From assembly GCA_943788985.1 (NCBI GenBank), contig CALSSJ010000021.1:1-64000 (forward strand): 64,000 bases of DNA, read 5' to 3'. Positions 11,556 through 22,520 of this stretch are shown here, piece by piece. Source of the stretch: an uncultured Lentisphaerales bacterium (GTDB taxonomy: Bacteria; Verrucomicrobiota; Lentisphaeria; JABSQK01; UBA12247). The notes under the pieces were generated by a model that was not told the origin of the DNA, ran no database searches, and saw nothing but the letters and a program-made list of their open reading frames with translations. Numbering within the stretch: the first letter of the stretch is position 1; the number at the start of each line of letters is the position of its first letter. Made by a program: the position numbers and the translations under genes.

Positions 11556-11768
11556 CTATTTCTCAAGTGAAATGGTCAGCGTTTCACTGCCGAAGCTGAC
11601 GACATCGCCAGCGACAATCTTCTTCCGTTTCTGAGTTTCTACGGCCCCATTCACGAGGACTTGTCCGTCAGCAACTGCCTTCTTTGCTTCACCACCGCTG
11701 GGCGCAAGGCCTTCAAGTTTCAGAATCTTATATAGCTCAATGGGCTCTTTCGCAATCTCAACGTTTCT
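11556..11768 (-). CDS. Small S4-domain RNA-binding protein (YbcJ/YaaA family)
   Basis: IELYKILKLEGLAPSGGEAK..VLVNGAVETQKRKKI..GD. Confidence 0.9.
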   Translation of the reverse strand, partial: RNVEIAKEPIELYKILKLEGLAPSGGEAKKAVADGQVLVNGAVETQKRKKIVAGDVVSFGSETLTISLEK

Positions 11769-11945
11769 CATCTTCTGAATCCTCTTGGGTTCGTGATTGG
11801 CCGGGCATCAATGCGCAGATAATTCCGCTGGCGATAAAGCGCAAGGCCGCTTCCACAGTACCCCAATCCGCAGGTCGGACTGAGAGCGCGGCCGACTTGC
11901 CAGTACGAAACCGGAGAGCAGACCAGCCCCCGAATCCACCAAGTC

Positions 11946-13694
11946 TCAGGCTTGGCGCTGTGGCAACTCGATGAAAAAGCGGCTGCCGGCGCCGAGTTCG
12001 CTCTCGACCCAGACACGCCCACTGTGTAAGTAGACGACGTGCTTGACGATCGCCAAGCCAATACCGGTTCCCCCGGAATCGCGGTCACGACTCTTGTCGA
12101 TCCGAAAGAAACGGTGGAAGATGCTGCGGTGGTGTTCCGGAGCGATGCCGGGCCCAGAGTCGCCGAACTCCACGGTGAGAAACCGCTTGGTCGATGTTGC
12201 CCGGATGAGAACAGTCCCAGATTCAGGGCTGTGGCGCACAGCGTTGCTGATAAGATTCACGATCGCGCGTTCAAGCAGGCGTCGGTTGGCAAACAGGCTT
12301 TCGCCCTCCGCTTGTAGGTCAAAGCTGACCGCTCGTTGATCTGCCTCTGCCTGACGCGCCGCGATGCAGGTCTCAAGTAAAGTCTTTACTAAAATCGGTG
12401 AGAAGTCTTCCTCAAACCCGGGATCACCATGCTCGATACGCGAGAGGTAGAGAAGATCATCGATGATGACAAGCATGCGCTGGCTTTGGCGAGAAATGGC
12501 GGCGATGTAGCCACTTTCGTCCTTTGCGGACTCCGCAAGCAGCTCGATGTAGCCGCTCATGCTGGTCAGCGGGGTCTTTAGCTCGTGGGACACATTTCCC
12601 GCGAACTGCTCACGCATCTGCTGCAGTTTTTCCAGGCGGGTGATATTGCTCATGACGATGAGCACGGCGTCGCAGTGGTCACGACGATATTTTATGCGGG
12701 TGCCAGACAGCAAAAAATCACGGGCTTGACCGTGCTCGTTGTCGACATGCAGCTGAATCTGATCGCTGCCCTGCCCCTCGCGGAGGGCGCTCACGTACTC
12801 GTGCAGGTCGGCGTCGCGGATCACTTCCAAGTACAACTTCCCTACGGCTCTCTTTGCCTTCGAAATCCCAAAGAAGTCGGCCGCTGCTGGATTCATGAGG
12901 CGTAGTTCATCGGCGTCATCGATCAGCAGGATGCCCTCCTGCATGCTGTTAAATACAGCCTTCCACTCCACACGCTTGCGCTCAGTCGAGACATCGACTT
13001 TTCGCCAGCGCTTGGCGACTTTGTTGGCCGCCAGGCTGATCTCATCGAGTTCACGAATTCCGCAAACGGGTAAGCGGGTCTCGGCGCGGGTCTCGAGGGC
13101 GGTCTGGAGCGCCAGCGCCTTGCGCTGCAGCCGGCGCAACTGGCGCCCCCGTAAGCCCATAAGCAGGACGAGCACGAGCGCTCCCCAAACCACAAATGGG
13201 CTAGCTTCGCGCAGGACTGCCGCGCGTGATGGCAGGGGGCGAGAGAGCCGCATCACTGCGCTGACTTGGCCATCTAGCCGAACCGGAACGGCGATAAAGA
13301 TCTCGGGACTATTGCTGGCATGGTTTCTGCGGACGGCCTGTCCGATCTTGCCAGCGATGGCCGCCTGCACTTCCGGGTATTGGCCCAATGGCAAGGTGGT
13401 GCCCGCGCCGAACGCTGAGTCTCCCAGCACGACGCCTTCCAGGGAAAGCCAGGTGCTGCGACTGCCCGACCTGGCGGCGATAGCGCTGCACAACGCTTGA
13501 CGCGACAGGTCTGTCTCTGAAGCATTTTCCTCAAGGCCAAGACTGGCCTGTCGTGCCAATCCCAGCGCGATGCCTGGAATGCCTCGCGCCATCTGCCATC
13601 CGGTGGCAAACCAAAGGCTGATCAGTCCGAATACGATGACGATGGCCACATCCTTAAGGAATTGGCGCTGGACAGCGACGGCGGCTATTTGCAT
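11946..13694 (-). CDS. phoR: Phosphate regulon sensor histidine kinase
   Basis: Two TM segments, PAS domain, FAGNVSHELKTPL, NLISNA, DSGPGI, FFRIDKSR, GTGIGLAI; position at the end of the pst operon. Confidence 0.88.
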   Translation of the reverse strand: MQIAAVAVQRQFLKDVAIVIVFGLISLWFATGWQMARGIPGIALGLARQASLGLEENASETDLSRQALCSAIAARSGSRSTWLSLEGVVLGDSAFGAGTTLPLGQYPEVQAAIAGKIGQAVRRNHASNSPEIFIAVPVRLDGQVSAVMRLSRPLPSRAAVLREASPFVVWGALVLVLLMGLRGRQLRRLQRKALALQTALETRAETRLPVCGIRELDEISLAANKVAKRWRKVDVSTERKRVEWKAVFNSMQEGILLIDDADELRLMNPAAADFFGISKAKRAVGKLYLEVIRDADLHEYVSALREGQGSDQIQLHVDNEHGQARDFLLSGTRIKYRRDHCDAVLIVMSNITRLEKLQQMREQFAGNVSHELKTPLTSMSGYIELLAESAKDESGYIAAISRQSQRMLVIIDDLLYLSRIEHGDPGFEEDFSPILVKTLLETCIAARQAEADQRAVSFDLQAEGESLFANRRLLERAIVNLISNAVRHSPESGTVLIRATSTKRFLTVEFGDSGPGIAPEHHRSIFHRFFRIDKSRDRDSGGTGIGLAIVKHVVYLHSGRVWVESELGAGSRFFIELPQRQA

Positions 13695-14383
13695 GATTCA
13701 CGCAGCCGATAGCCCACGCCTCTTACAGTTTCCACCGCCGCAGCACAGCTGCCGAGTTTCTTGCGCAGCGAGACGATGTGTACGTCCACCGTACGCTCGG
13801 TCACGACCACGCCTGCCCCCTGCCCTGCATCCATGATCTGCCGCCGGGAACTCACGCGCCCAGGACGCCGCGCCAGCGCCAAGAGCAGGCGAAATTCTAA
13901 AGGCGTCAAAGGCACAAGTTGCCCGGCCGCTTCCACCTCATGGCGCTCAGGACGAATGCGGATATCGCCACAGACGATTTCCTCCTCGGCGGCCGCTGGA
14001 GCGGACTGCTCGCGCCGCAACATCGCCTTGATGCGCGCGGTCACGACACGGGGGCTGAAGGGCTTGGCAATGTAGTCATCTGCGCCCATGGCGAGCCCAA
14101 TCACTTCATCCGTTTCGTCCGACTTTGCAGTCAACATGATGACCGGGATATGCTTCGTCTTCGGGTTCGCCTTCAGCCGATAGCAGGTTTGATGGCCGTC
14201 CAAGACTGGCATCATCAGGTCGAGCAGGACGAGAGCGGGGCAGGCGGCTTCAACCAGCGCCAAAGCGGCCTCTCCGTTAGCAGCCTCTTGTACCTTGAAG
14301 CCCTCGCGCTCGAGCACATGCCGAAGCATCTCACGAATGTCCGGCTCATCATCGACGATCAAAATGGTGGGAAGACTGGGCAT
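13685..14383 (-). CDS. phoB: OmpR/PhoB-family response regulator
   Basis: ILIVDDE, LLDLMMP, GADDYIAKPF, ERTVDVHI, ETVRGVGY. Confidence 0.9.
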   Translation of the reverse strand: MPSLPTILIVDDEPDIREMLRHVLEREGFKVQEAANGEAALALVEAACPALVLLDLMMPVLDGHQTCYRLKANPKTKHIPVIMLTAKSDETDEVIGLAMGADDYIAKPFSPRVVTARIKAMLRREQSAPAAAEEEIVCGDIRIRPERHEVEAAGQLVPLTPLEFRLLLALARRPGRVSSRRQIMDAGQGAGVVVTERTVDVHIVSLRKKLGSCAAAVETVRGVGYRLRESCK

Positions 14384-14385
14384 AT

Positions 14386-15054
14386 TCAGCTCGCAGGTGC
14401 GATCTCCGCATGTCGTACAATGTCACCGCTCACGGTGTAGGTGACGTCCTCAGCGATATTCGTTGCGTAGTCCGCAATGCGTTCGAGGCTTCGCGAAACC
14501 GAGATCAAAAACAGCAGCGAATCCATACGCTCTGGGTGTTGGTGCAAGCGATCGCGAATCTCGGTGATAATCTGGACGTTCAGGTCATCAACAATGTCGT
14601 CGTCTTCGCAGACTTGCCGGGCCAGTTCCAGATCGCCGTTTACCAGCGAATCCAGGCTGCCACGCACCATGCGCTGCGTCTCGCTGAACATGGCCGCAAA
14701 ATCCGCCGGAATATCGACCCGAGGCCCCTTGGCCATCTCGATCACGTACTCGGCAATGTTCTTGCAGAGATCGCCGATACGCTCCAAGTCGTTATTCATC
14801 TTGAGCATGGCGATGACCCCGCGCAAATCCATCGCCACCGGGTGATACAGTGCCAAAATTTTCAAACAGTCTTCTTCGATATCGACTTCGTGCTGATCAA
14901 TCACATGGTCGTATTCAATGACAGAATTTGCCGCGACCACGTCCAGCTCATTCAGGCACTGCTCTGCGTTAGCAATACTACGCTCTACCTCTGCACCAAG
15001 GGCTAAGATCTGCTCTTTCAGCTTATACATGGATCGATGAAGTTGTGTTTGCAT
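14386..15054 (-). CDS. phoU: Phosphate signalling complex protein
   Basis: PVAMDLR, DLERIGD, SLERIADYATNIAE; start at MQTQLH (15054). Confidence 0.93.
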   Translation of the reverse strand: MQTQLHRSMYKLKEQILALGAEVERSIANAEQCLNELDVVAANSVIEYDHVIDQHEVDIEEDCLKILALYHPVAMDLRGVIAMLKMNNDLERIGDLCKNIAEYVIEMAKGPRVDIPADFAAMFSETQRMVRGSLDSLVNGDLELARQVCEDDDIVDDLNVQIITEIRDRLHQHPERMDSLLFLISVSRSLERIADYATNIAEDVTYTVSGDIVRHAEIAPAS

Positions 15055-15058
15055 AGAT

Positions 15059-15874
15059 TTACCCAAATCGTCCCGTGATATAGTCTTCGGTTTGCGAGTT
15101 TGCAGGATTGCTAAAAATGGTCTGCGTATCGTCGTACTCGACGACCTTGCCCAGATAGAAGAAGGCCGTGCGGTCGGAAATACGTGAGGCTTGCTGCATG
15201 CTATGAGTGACGATGATGATGGTGTACTCCTTCTTAAGTTCACGCGTCAGCTCTTCGATCTTCCCGGTGGCGACCGGGTCGAGGGCGGAGCAAGGCTCGT
15301 CCATCAGGATGATCTGTGGCTTGGAGGCGATCGCTCGCGCGATACAAAGTCGCTGCATTTGCCCCCCGGACAGGCCCAGGGCGCTGGCGTGCAAACGGTC
15401 CTTCACCTCAGTCCAAAGCGCGGCGCTTCGCAAGCTGCGCTCGACGGTCTCGTCCAGTACCTTGCGATCGCGGATCCCGGCCACGCGCAGACCAAAAATC
15501 ACGTTCTCATAGATAGACTTGGGGAAGGGGTTCGACTTCTGAAAGACCATGCCCACTCGTTTGCGCAATGAGATCACGTCGATCAAGCGATGAAAAATGC
15601 TGTTGCCAGTGATCTGAATGTCCCCTTCATGCCGCACATCATGAATGAGATCGTTCATTCGATTTATGCTGCGTAACAACGTGGATTTACCGCAGCCAGA
15701 TGGGCCGATGAAGGAGGTGATCTGGTTGGCCGGGATCTCAAGATTTATATCGAACAGTGCCTGGGCTGTTTTATTATAATAAAAGGAAAAGTCCTGGATC
15801 GAGATGATCCCCTTTTCTGCATCTGTCTGTTCTTCACTCATAGTGGCTTCAGTATTCTCGAGGCTGGCAGTCAT
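15059..15874 (-). CDS. pstB: Phosphate ABC transporter ATP-binding protein
   Basis: [45 protein letters not shown]. Confidence 0.97.
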   Translation of the reverse strand: MTASLENTEATMSEEQTDAEKGIISIQDFSFYYNKTAQALFDINLEIPANQITSFIGPSGCGKSTLLRSINRMNDLIHDVRHEGDIQITGNSIFHRLIDVISLRKRVGMVFQKSNPFPKSIYENVIFGLRVAGIRDRKVLDETVERSLRSAALWTEVKDRLHASALGLSGGQMQRLCIARAIASKPQIILMDEPCSALDPVATGKIEELTRELKKEYTIIIVTHSMQQASRISDRTAFFYLGKVVEYDDTQTIFSNPANSQTEDYITGRFG

Positions 15875-17484
15875 TAGAAAGTACTTCCTGCGTATTTACG
15901 CCGCAACCGGTCCCGTACCAGAATGCCGGCCAGGTTTAGGACAACGACCACGACAATGAGCAAGAGGGTGGTCGCAAAGACCATCGGCAAGGCGGCTTCG
16001 GAGTCTGGTGACTGAAAGCCGAGGTCGTAGATGTGGAAGCCCAAGTGCATGAACTTCTGGTCCAGATGCACGAAGGGGTAGCTGCTGTTGATCGCCAGAC
16101 TCGGGGCGAGCTTCACGACGCCGACCAACATCAACGGGGCGACCTCCCCGGCGCCGCGGGCCATGGCCAGAATCATGCCCGTGAGGATACCGGGCAGCGA
16201 GGCGGGCAGAATAACGCGCTGGATTGTCTGCCACTTCGAGGCACCACAGGCGAGCGCAGCTTCACGAGTCCCACGCGGTACGGCGCTGAGCGCTTCTTCT
16301 GCGGCCACGATGACCACGGGTACGGTGAGCAGCGACAGGGTCAGCGAGGCCCACAGAATCCCGCCCGTTCCGAAGGTGGGTGTCGGTAGCGTGTCCGCGA
16401 AAAACAGGCGGTCAATGCCGCCGCCGACGAAGTAGACGAAAAAGCCGAGGCCAAAGACGCCAAAGACGATTGAGGGCACGCCCGCCAGGTTGTTCACGGC
16501 GATCCGTACACTCGTGAGCAGCGGTCCGGTCCGGGCGTATTCGTGGAGGTAGATTGCCGTGATCACGCCGAATGGCGTCACTGCCAAACTCATGAAGATG
16601 GTCATGATGACCGTCCCGAAGATAGCGGGAAAGACCCCGCCCTCGGTGTTGGCTTCACGCGGTGCGTCCAGCAAGAAGACCTTCGCGTTGTGCAGGAAAC
16701 GTCCACAGCGCGCGCTCAAGCCCATGGCGTTGGGCCGATAAAAGGAGACGATGTGCCCGATGGCTACGCTGCGCTCGCGGCCGTCTGAGATCTCGTAGAT
16801 GAGGTGGGTTTGGGTGGCCAAGTCTCGCAACTTGCGCGCCTTCTGCGCCAGCGCTTCGTACTCGCCTGTGAGGCTGGCAAGTTCGGCGGTGATTGCGGAG
16901 TTCGCAGGCTTGCGCTTGAGCCGCTCGATACGATTGTTGACGCGCCCGATCTCGCTCTTCTCAATCTCTGTCACCTCAGCACGCAACGCCGTGGCCTCGT
17001 CGACGAACTCTTGGAGCTGAGGATCATCCGCTTCGCCGACCAGCGAAATCGGCTCAGCATCCGCTTGCTCGATGCGCAAGGCCCGGCCAAAAACCGAACC
17101 AAACTCCAGGCGTTCGATCTTCAGGATGTCCAGCGGTTGGCTCTGCTCGCCGATCGCAGCCTCCGGAACATAGACGAAGGAGTGGCCAAAGGCGTCGCGG
17201 TTTGCCGTGTAGAGCTGCCATTCTTGATCACCGCTGGTGGCTTGCTTCTGCTTCTTTACGATCTCACCGATCAGCTGCCGCTCGCTCCCATTCTCGCTTA
17301 CCTGCAACTGCACAACGCGCTTGGGCCAGAAGACCGAGATGCCGTTCACCAAGATCAAGCCGAGCAGAAAGATGACCATCGCGATGCCAGTGGCCAAGCC
17401 CATACTGGAGAGCCAGACAAGTGGCTCGCCGGCAGCGGCTTGGCGCTGAAGCATGGGGTTTTGCGGGGCATCAGGAGCTGCCAT
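15874..17484 (-). CDS. pstA: Phosphate ABC transporter permease (long form)
   Basis: [47 protein letters not shown]. Confidence 0.95.
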   Translation of the reverse strand: MAAPDAPQNPMLQRQAAAGEPLVWLSSMGLATGIAMVIFLLGLILVNGISVFWPKRVVQLQVSENGSERQLIGEIVKKQKQATSGDQEWQLYTANRDAFGHSFVYVPEAAIGEQSQPLDILKIERLEFGSVFGRALRIEQADAEPISLVGEADDPQLQEFVDEATALRAEVTEIEKSEIGRVNNRIERLKRKPANSAITAELASLTGEYEALAQKARKLRDLATQTHLIYEISDGRERSVAIGHIVSFYRPNAMGLSARCGRFLHNAKVFLLDAPREANTEGGVFPAIFGTVIMTIFMSLAVTPFGVITAIYLHEYARTGPLLTSVRIAVNNLAGVPSIVFGVFGLGFFVYFVGGGIDRLFFADTLPTPTFGTGGILWASLTLSLLTVPVVIVAAEEALSAVPRGTREAALACGASKWQTIQRVILPASLPGILTGMILAMARGAGEVAPLMLVGVVKLAPSLAINSSYPFVHLDQKFMHLGFHIYDLGFQSPDSEAALPMVFATTLLLIVVVVVLNLAGILVRDRLRRKYAGSTF

Positions 17485-17486
17485 AA

Positions 17487-19754
17487 TCACACAGTCTTAT
17501 ATTTGTTGCGCAGGTGCTGGCGCAGGATTTCGGCGAAGGTGTTGAGCACGAAGGTCATCGCGAACAGCAGCATGGCGCCGAGAAAGAGGGCGCGATACAA
17601 GGTCCCGCTGTGGGGGGCCTCGGGCAGCTCGACTGCGATGTTCGCCGAGAGCGTGCGCATGCCGGTAAAAATACTCATGTCCATTATCGGGGTGTTGCCG
17701 GTGGCCATCAGCACAATCATCGTCTCGCCAACCGCCCGGCCCAGACCGATGATCACAGCTGAAAAGATGCCAGCAGCGGCCGTCGGCAAAACGATGCGAA
17801 ACGCGGTCTGCCAGCGACTCGCCCCCAGAGCCAAAGCGGCGGAGCTAATGTCCCGCGGCACGTTCGACAGGGAATCTTCGGCAATCGTAAAGATGATCGG
17901 AATCACGGCAAAGCCCATGACAAAGCCCACGATCAAGGCATTGCGCTGTTCATAACGCCCGCCCCAAAAATCAGGCCACCAACGCCGAAAGTCGGCCACT
18001 TGCGCGCCCGTTTCCGGGTCGCTCACCACAAACACCGCCCGTTCCAGAATAGGACCAAACCAAACGGCGAGGCAGACGCAGCCGATCAGGACCGGGATGA
18101 AGATCAAGAACTCGTACCCTGGCTTGCAGAGCACGCGCACCTCGGGCGGCATCCGGGTCCAGAGGAAGCCGATCAGCATCGACGCCAAGGGCGCGGTTAT
18201 CACAAAGACTAAAACCGCTGGGACCCGATTCTCCAACAAGGGCGCTAGCCAGAGCGCAGCCAGAAATCCCAGTACGACAGACGGAATCGACGCCATCGTC
18301 TCCATGGTCGGCTTCACCACGGCGCGAAAACGGGGGTGCTGAAACTGGGAAGTGTAGAGCGCTGCCAGCAGCGCGATCGGAATCGCGAACAGCATTGCAA
18401 ACACGGTCCCCTTGATGCTGCCGAGAATCAGTGGAATCATCGACAGCTTGGGCTCGAATTCATCGCTGCCCCCAGTGGACTGCCAGACGTAATCCGGCCG
18501 CGAGGCACCCTCATACCAAACCTTGCCGAAGAAGGCCTGCATGCCCGCTTCCGGGTGTGGATCGTGCAGTTTGTAGAGATAAAGCGTGCCCGCCTGGTCC
18601 AGCGTCAGTAAGCGATCATGCTTGCTCGACAACGCCACATGAGCCGCCTGATAACTCTGCGCGGCCTCCCAACGAACAGTCTCGGTCGTCCCATGACGCA
18701 GACTGAGCGTCTCGCCGCTGGCCATGAGAAAGGACTTGTTGCGCTGGCTGGCAGCATAGGCGCTGGCTGCACCGGGCAGCGGGGCAAATGACTTGGTCTG
18801 CCCGAACAGACGCTCCGCGTCCTTGGCGGGCATGTACAGGCTGAAAACACGATTGACACCAGCTGCATTGGTCACCACCAGCGAGTTGCCGCCAAGCAAA
18901 AAGTCCAGCGACGCGATCTCCTGGGTTGCGGAGTCCGCAAACGGAAAAAAGGTCTGCATCTTGACGAATTCTCTGCCGTCTCGCCGCAAATAGCAGATGC
19001 TGCCGGAATCCGTCGCGACGGCAATAAGCTGGCCGCCAGCGCCGACTCGCACAAAACGGGGCGTGCCTTCGAGTTCCCCCGAAATATCCTGATTGCCCGC
19101 GACCTTGACCTTACCTGCGCCCATCAGGCTGCGCTTTTGCTTCAGCGTCACGGCATGCGTCACGCGTTTGCCGTCGGCCTCTTGTACCAGAACCGCGACC
19201 TTCAGGGATTCGCCATCGACATAGTCTAGCGCGATCACCGGCACATCCGCCAAGCCGCCCTTGTAGCGCTTGCCCACCGTCACGTCCTGGCCAATGCTGC
19301 GCTGCTCGTCGTCGCCAAAGCTCGCCGCGTAGTTCAGATCCACCAAGCTAAACCCGCCCTTGTCCGTGCCCACCGCCAACTGCTGCGTCTTGGGCACATA
19401 GGCGAAGGCGCTGGGCTGCGCGTCATCAGCCAGATTTATCGGCACCACGCTGCGCTCGCCGCTGGGAATCGCGATGAAGTGGAGCTGACCTTCTTTGTCC
19501 AACACAAAAGGCAGCTCGGTCCACTGATCCACGCCCAGCATGAGGGCATCCGGCACCCCCGTCTCCAGCTCCTGCACCAGGCTCACTTCGGCGCCGCGAA
19601 AGAGCGGCAGCACCTGCCAGAAGATAAACACAAAGATCCCCATCACTGCTGCGATGACCGCTAAACCACCCACTTTGATGAAGTGAGTCATGAAGCGATC
19701 TATAAGCAGCGTGATGCGACGTGGCTGGAAACGTTGGGAGTCGTCTGGGTTCAT
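17487..19754 (-). CDS. pstC: Phosphate ABC transporter permease with large periplasmic domain
   Basis: WQSTGGSDEFEPKLS, MASIPSVVLG, GRAVGETMIVLMATGN, RTLSANIAVE. Confidence 0.95.
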   Translation of the reverse strand: MNPDDSQRFQPRRITLLIDRFMTHFIKVGGLAVIAAVMGIFVFIFWQVLPLFRGAEVSLVQELETGVPDALMLGVDQWTELPFVLDKEGQLHFIAIPSGERSVVPINLADDAQPSAFAYVPKTQQLAVGTDKGGFSLVDLNYAASFGDDEQRSIGQDVTVGKRYKGGLADVPVIALDYVDGESLKVAVLVQEADGKRVTHAVTLKQKRSLMGAGKVKVAGNQDISGELEGTPRFVRVGAGGQLIAVATDSGSICYLRRDGREFVKMQTFFPFADSATQEIASLDFLLGGNSLVVTNAAGVNRVFSLYMPAKDAERLFGQTKSFAPLPGAASAYAASQRNKSFLMASGETLSLRHGTTETVRWEAAQSYQAAHVALSSKHDRLLTLDQAGTLYLYKLHDPHPEAGMQAFFGKVWYEGASRPDYVWQSTGGSDEFEPKLSMIPLILGSIKGTVFAMLFAIPIALLAALYTSQFQHPRFRAVVKPTMETMASIPSVVLGFLAALWLAPLLENRVPAVLVFVITAPLASMLIGFLWTRMPPEVRVLCKPGYEFLIFIPVLIGCVCLAVWFGPILERAVFVVSDPETGAQVADFRRWWPDFWGGRYEQRNALIVGFVMGFAVIPIIFTIAEDSLSNVPRDISSAALALGASRWQTAFRIVLPTAAAGIFSAVIIGLGRAVGETMIVLMATGNTPIMDMSIFTGMRTLSANIAVELPEAPHSGTLYRALFLGAMLLFAMTFVLNTFAEILRQHLRNKYKTV

Positions 19755-19819
19755 GAAGACAAACTGGCCTTGATCGGTGGCGACGCGCTGCGCCTCCCGC
19801 AAGGGAAGCGTGTGTATTG

Positions 19820-19837
19820 TGTTAAGGAAATGTTAAG
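19820..19837 (-). promoter_or_regulatory. Pho-box-like direct repeat upstream of pstC
   Basis: CTTAACA-N4-CTTAACA (minus strand), 11-bp period. Confidence 0.65.
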
Positions 19838-19841
19838 GGGG

Positions 19842-19873
19842 CCGCGCGAAAATAGATTCACCTTTTCGCGCGG
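19842..19873 (-). terminator. Stem-loop between pstS and pstC
   Basis: CCGCGCGAAAA (19842-52) and TTTTCGCGCGG (19863-73) form a perfect 11-bp stem. Confidence 0.65.
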
Positions 19874-19883
19874 GCCCTAAAGC

Positions 19884-20843
19884 CTACTTCAGGCCGTCCG
19901 CAGTTTCCGCAGCCACCTCGGCAGGCAGTGGGAAATAGCCGTCCTTGACGACCACTTCCTGGCCTTGCTTGGCAAGCACAAAGCGCAGAAACTCCTGCGT
20001 CAGCTTATCCAGCGGCTGATTCGGCTTCTTGTTCACGTACACGTAGAGGAAGCGGGCAATCGGGTAGTCCCCTTCCAGGCAATTCTCGTAGCTCGGCGCG
20101 TAGAAGTCGTCGCCTTCCTCAGCAATGGGCAACGCCCGCACGCCCGAGGTCGCGTAGCCGATGCCCGAGTAGCCAATGCCGCCCAATTCCTTGGCGATGC
20201 CTTGGACCACTGCCGAGGACCCCGGCTGCTCCTTCACCGTCGGCCGATAATCGCCCTTGGTCAGGACCAGTGACTTAAAGAAGCCATAGGTGCCCGAGGC
20301 GCTATTGCGTCCGTATGCCGAAAGCGGTTGGCTCTGCCAGGTGCCCGTCAGTCCCAGATCACCCCAGGTTTCAGCTGCCTTGCCGCCGCGCTTCAAGGTG
20401 CTGGAAAAGATGGAGTCTACCTGCTGCAGGTTCAGGCCTTGGATCGGGTTATCCTTGTGCACAAACACCGCGAGTGCGTCGATCGCCACGCGAATGGCAG
20501 TCGGCTTGTAGCCGAACTTCTTCTCGAATGCGTCGAGTTCCGCGGCTTTCATTTCACGGCTCATTGGGCCGAGTTGGGCCGTGCCTTCGATCAACGAGGG
20601 TGGCGCCGTCGACGAGCCCTTACCTTCGATCTGGATGCGCACGTTCGGGTAGACGGCCTGGAAGCCCTCCGCCCATAGCGTCATCAGATTATTCAACGTG
20701 TCTGAACCGATACTGTTCAGATTTCCCGAAACCCCACCAACCTGCGTGTACCTCGGCAAGGCCTCATCCAGCTTTACGACATCTCCAGCTTGCATGCTGG
20801 CAGCGGCTAGCCCCATCATGAGTGCGAACATTGTGTACTTCAT
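19884..20843 (-). CDS. pstS: Phosphate ABC transporter substrate-binding protein
   Basis: Signal peptide from MKYTMF with AAGGAG RBS; GSDT, GKGSS, YGRNSASGT, IGYSG, YPIARFLY. Confidence 0.95.
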   Translation of the reverse strand: MKYTMFALMMGLAAASMQAGDVVKLDEALPRYTQVGGVSGNLNSIGSDTLNNLMTLWAEGFQAVYPNVRIQIEGKGSSTAPPSLIEGTAQLGPMSREMKAAELDAFEKKFGYKPTAIRVAIDALAVFVHKDNPIQGLNLQQVDSIFSSTLKRGGKAAETWGDLGLTGTWQSQPLSAYGRNSASGTYGFFKSLVLTKGDYRPTVKEQPGSSAVVQGIAKELGGIGYSGIGYATSGVRALPIAEEGDDFYAPSYENCLEGDYPIARFLYVYVNKKPNQPLDKLTQEFLRFVLAKQGQEVVVKDGYFPLPAEVAAETADGLK

Positions 20844-20941
20844 ACCTGTCTCCTTGTGAGCGTTGCTCGTTGTTGCCGATCGCTTTGTGCTCTCGGCTCG
20901 ACATAGAATAAAGCCCTTGCGATGACAAGCCGGGCGTCTGC

Positions 20942-20981
20942 CGTGAAGCCCTAGTGAAGCTTGTGTTAGGAACGCATTAAG
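20942..20981 (-). promoter_or_regulatory. Four Pho-box-like heptamers upstream of pstS
   Basis: Minus strand CTTAATG, CCTAACA, CTTCACT, CTTCACG at an exact 11-bp period. Confidence 0.55.
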
Positions 20982-21137
20982 CGTCCTAGCAGCCGTGAAT
21001 AAACTCGCGCTGACTGCAAATACAGTGTCCATCAGGCGCAGATCGCTTTCCGCCAAAATTCAATACCTTCCAAAGTGGTAATGACAGCTTACAACATTGG
21101 GCAATTTCGCATATGTCTGATAGTTGAGAAATCTGCG

Positions 21138-21310
21138 ATGAATGCACGAGATAAACTGATTTACCAAGCCAAAGCGAAAGTGCTCAAGGCGCTGGCGCAT
21201 CCAACGCGGCTGTGGATGACGGAACAACTGGCCGACGGGGAACGCTGTTTTTGTGAATTTGTAGATGCCGTTGATGTTGATTTTTCGACCAGCTCCAAAC
21301 ATTTGCCTGT
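21138..21310 (+). pseudogene. Truncated ArsR/SmtB-family regulator
   Basis: KVLKALAHPTRL..GERC.CE..STSSKHL, after which similarity is lost. Confidence 0.7.
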
Positions 21311-21540
21311 GGGCACGGAGCGATTTGACAACGCGGGACTGGAGGCTCTCCATCTGCTTGGCGGCGATGTGAAGATAGTCAACGATTGGCGAGCAGGACT
21401 TATCTCCGCGTCGGCGCGCGGCGGCCGGAGCCCATTGTTACTTTCCACGCTGTCAATCATAACAGCAGCTTACGATGGTCTCAGCGCATCGCCACCGACG
21501 GGTCTGATAAAATCCAGTCCCGCCCACAACACGCGAACCA

Positions 21541-21565
21541 TAACTGCCTTCCCTGCGGGCAGTTA
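21541..21565 (-). terminator. Hairpin immediately 3' of tRNA-Ser
   Basis: taactgcc/ggcagtta 8-bp stem. Confidence 0.55.
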
Positions 21566-21570
21566 CAAGA

Positions 21571-21660
<90 letters not shown>

Positions 21661-21841
21661 GCAACAAGCCTGTGGCCACCCATATTGGGCAAGCCGGTAC
21701 TAATACGGCACTGTGACCGTCCCGCAAGATAAGATCGTCCAAATCCACTAAGAAATGCGAACTCAATGGGCTGTGGGACTATCGGTCCAAGCAACATCCG
21801 CCGCGCCAGGCAACCGCCGGGCTCACAGATGCTGCGAAAAA

Positions 21842-22294
21842 TTACGCGTCGTCGTCGAGCTCGTCGTCGTTGCGCGCTTCGGTATTCTGTAGATGAAGTT
21901 CGTCGAGGTCCCGCTGCCGTTGCGTGCTGGCGTACTCGTCCGCATTTACTAGTGTTTCGAGTTCGTCGTGATCGTCAAACTCGATTTTGAACAGCCAGCT
22001 ATCCTCATAGGAGGAAGAAAAGATGGACTGCACATCGTTCGCAGCGCTTTCATTGCGTTGGACAATATGGCCGCTCACGGGTGCGAGGATCTCGTAGACT
22101 TCGACACCGATATGCACCGTCGCACAGGCACGTCCGATCTCGGCGACATCGCCAATTTCGGGCAGCTCAATGCTGTCTGCATCCTGAAACTCCTCTTCGA
22201 GATCGTCTGTGATACCTATGACTGTAACGTCGCCTTCAATACGAACCCAAACTGGCTGGTCGGCCGAATAGCTGAGGTCTTCTGGGTAGAGCAT
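21842..22294 (-). CDS. Glycine cleavage H-protein-like protein lacking the lipoyl lysine
   Basis: YPEDLSYS..WVRIEG..IGITD, IELP.IG, APVSG, YEDSWLFKI; the ESxK motif position reads HIGV. Confidence 0.8.
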   Translation of the reverse strand: MLYPEDLSYSADQPVWVRIEGDVTVIGITDDLEEEFQDADSIELPEIGDVAEIGRACATVHIGVEVYEILAPVSGHIVQRNESAANDVQSIFSSSYEDSWLFKIEFDDHDELETLVNADEYASTQRQRDLDELHLQNTEARNDDELDDDA

Positions 22295-22520
22295 GTGGTG
22301 CTAACTCCTCAATAAATGCGTCTGCACTCAAACAATAAGTTGGTTTTTCAGCGCCCAGAATCCAATTCCGCAATTTGCGCGCTGAGGCGTATCGTACCCC
22401 ACACAGGGAATCACGCAAGTTAAGGTTTGGGCGGAATGTCATTGACGACGTTGCATGCGTTCCTCAACTGCCTGCTCGATCTCGTGAAAATGTGCGCTAG
22501 ACAACAAGGAACAGAATAGC

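Noticed and set aside
15874..19754. Unusually long PstA and PstC as novel
   Set aside because: Long forms with periplasmic insertions are already known, for example in Pseudomonas-type pst operons.
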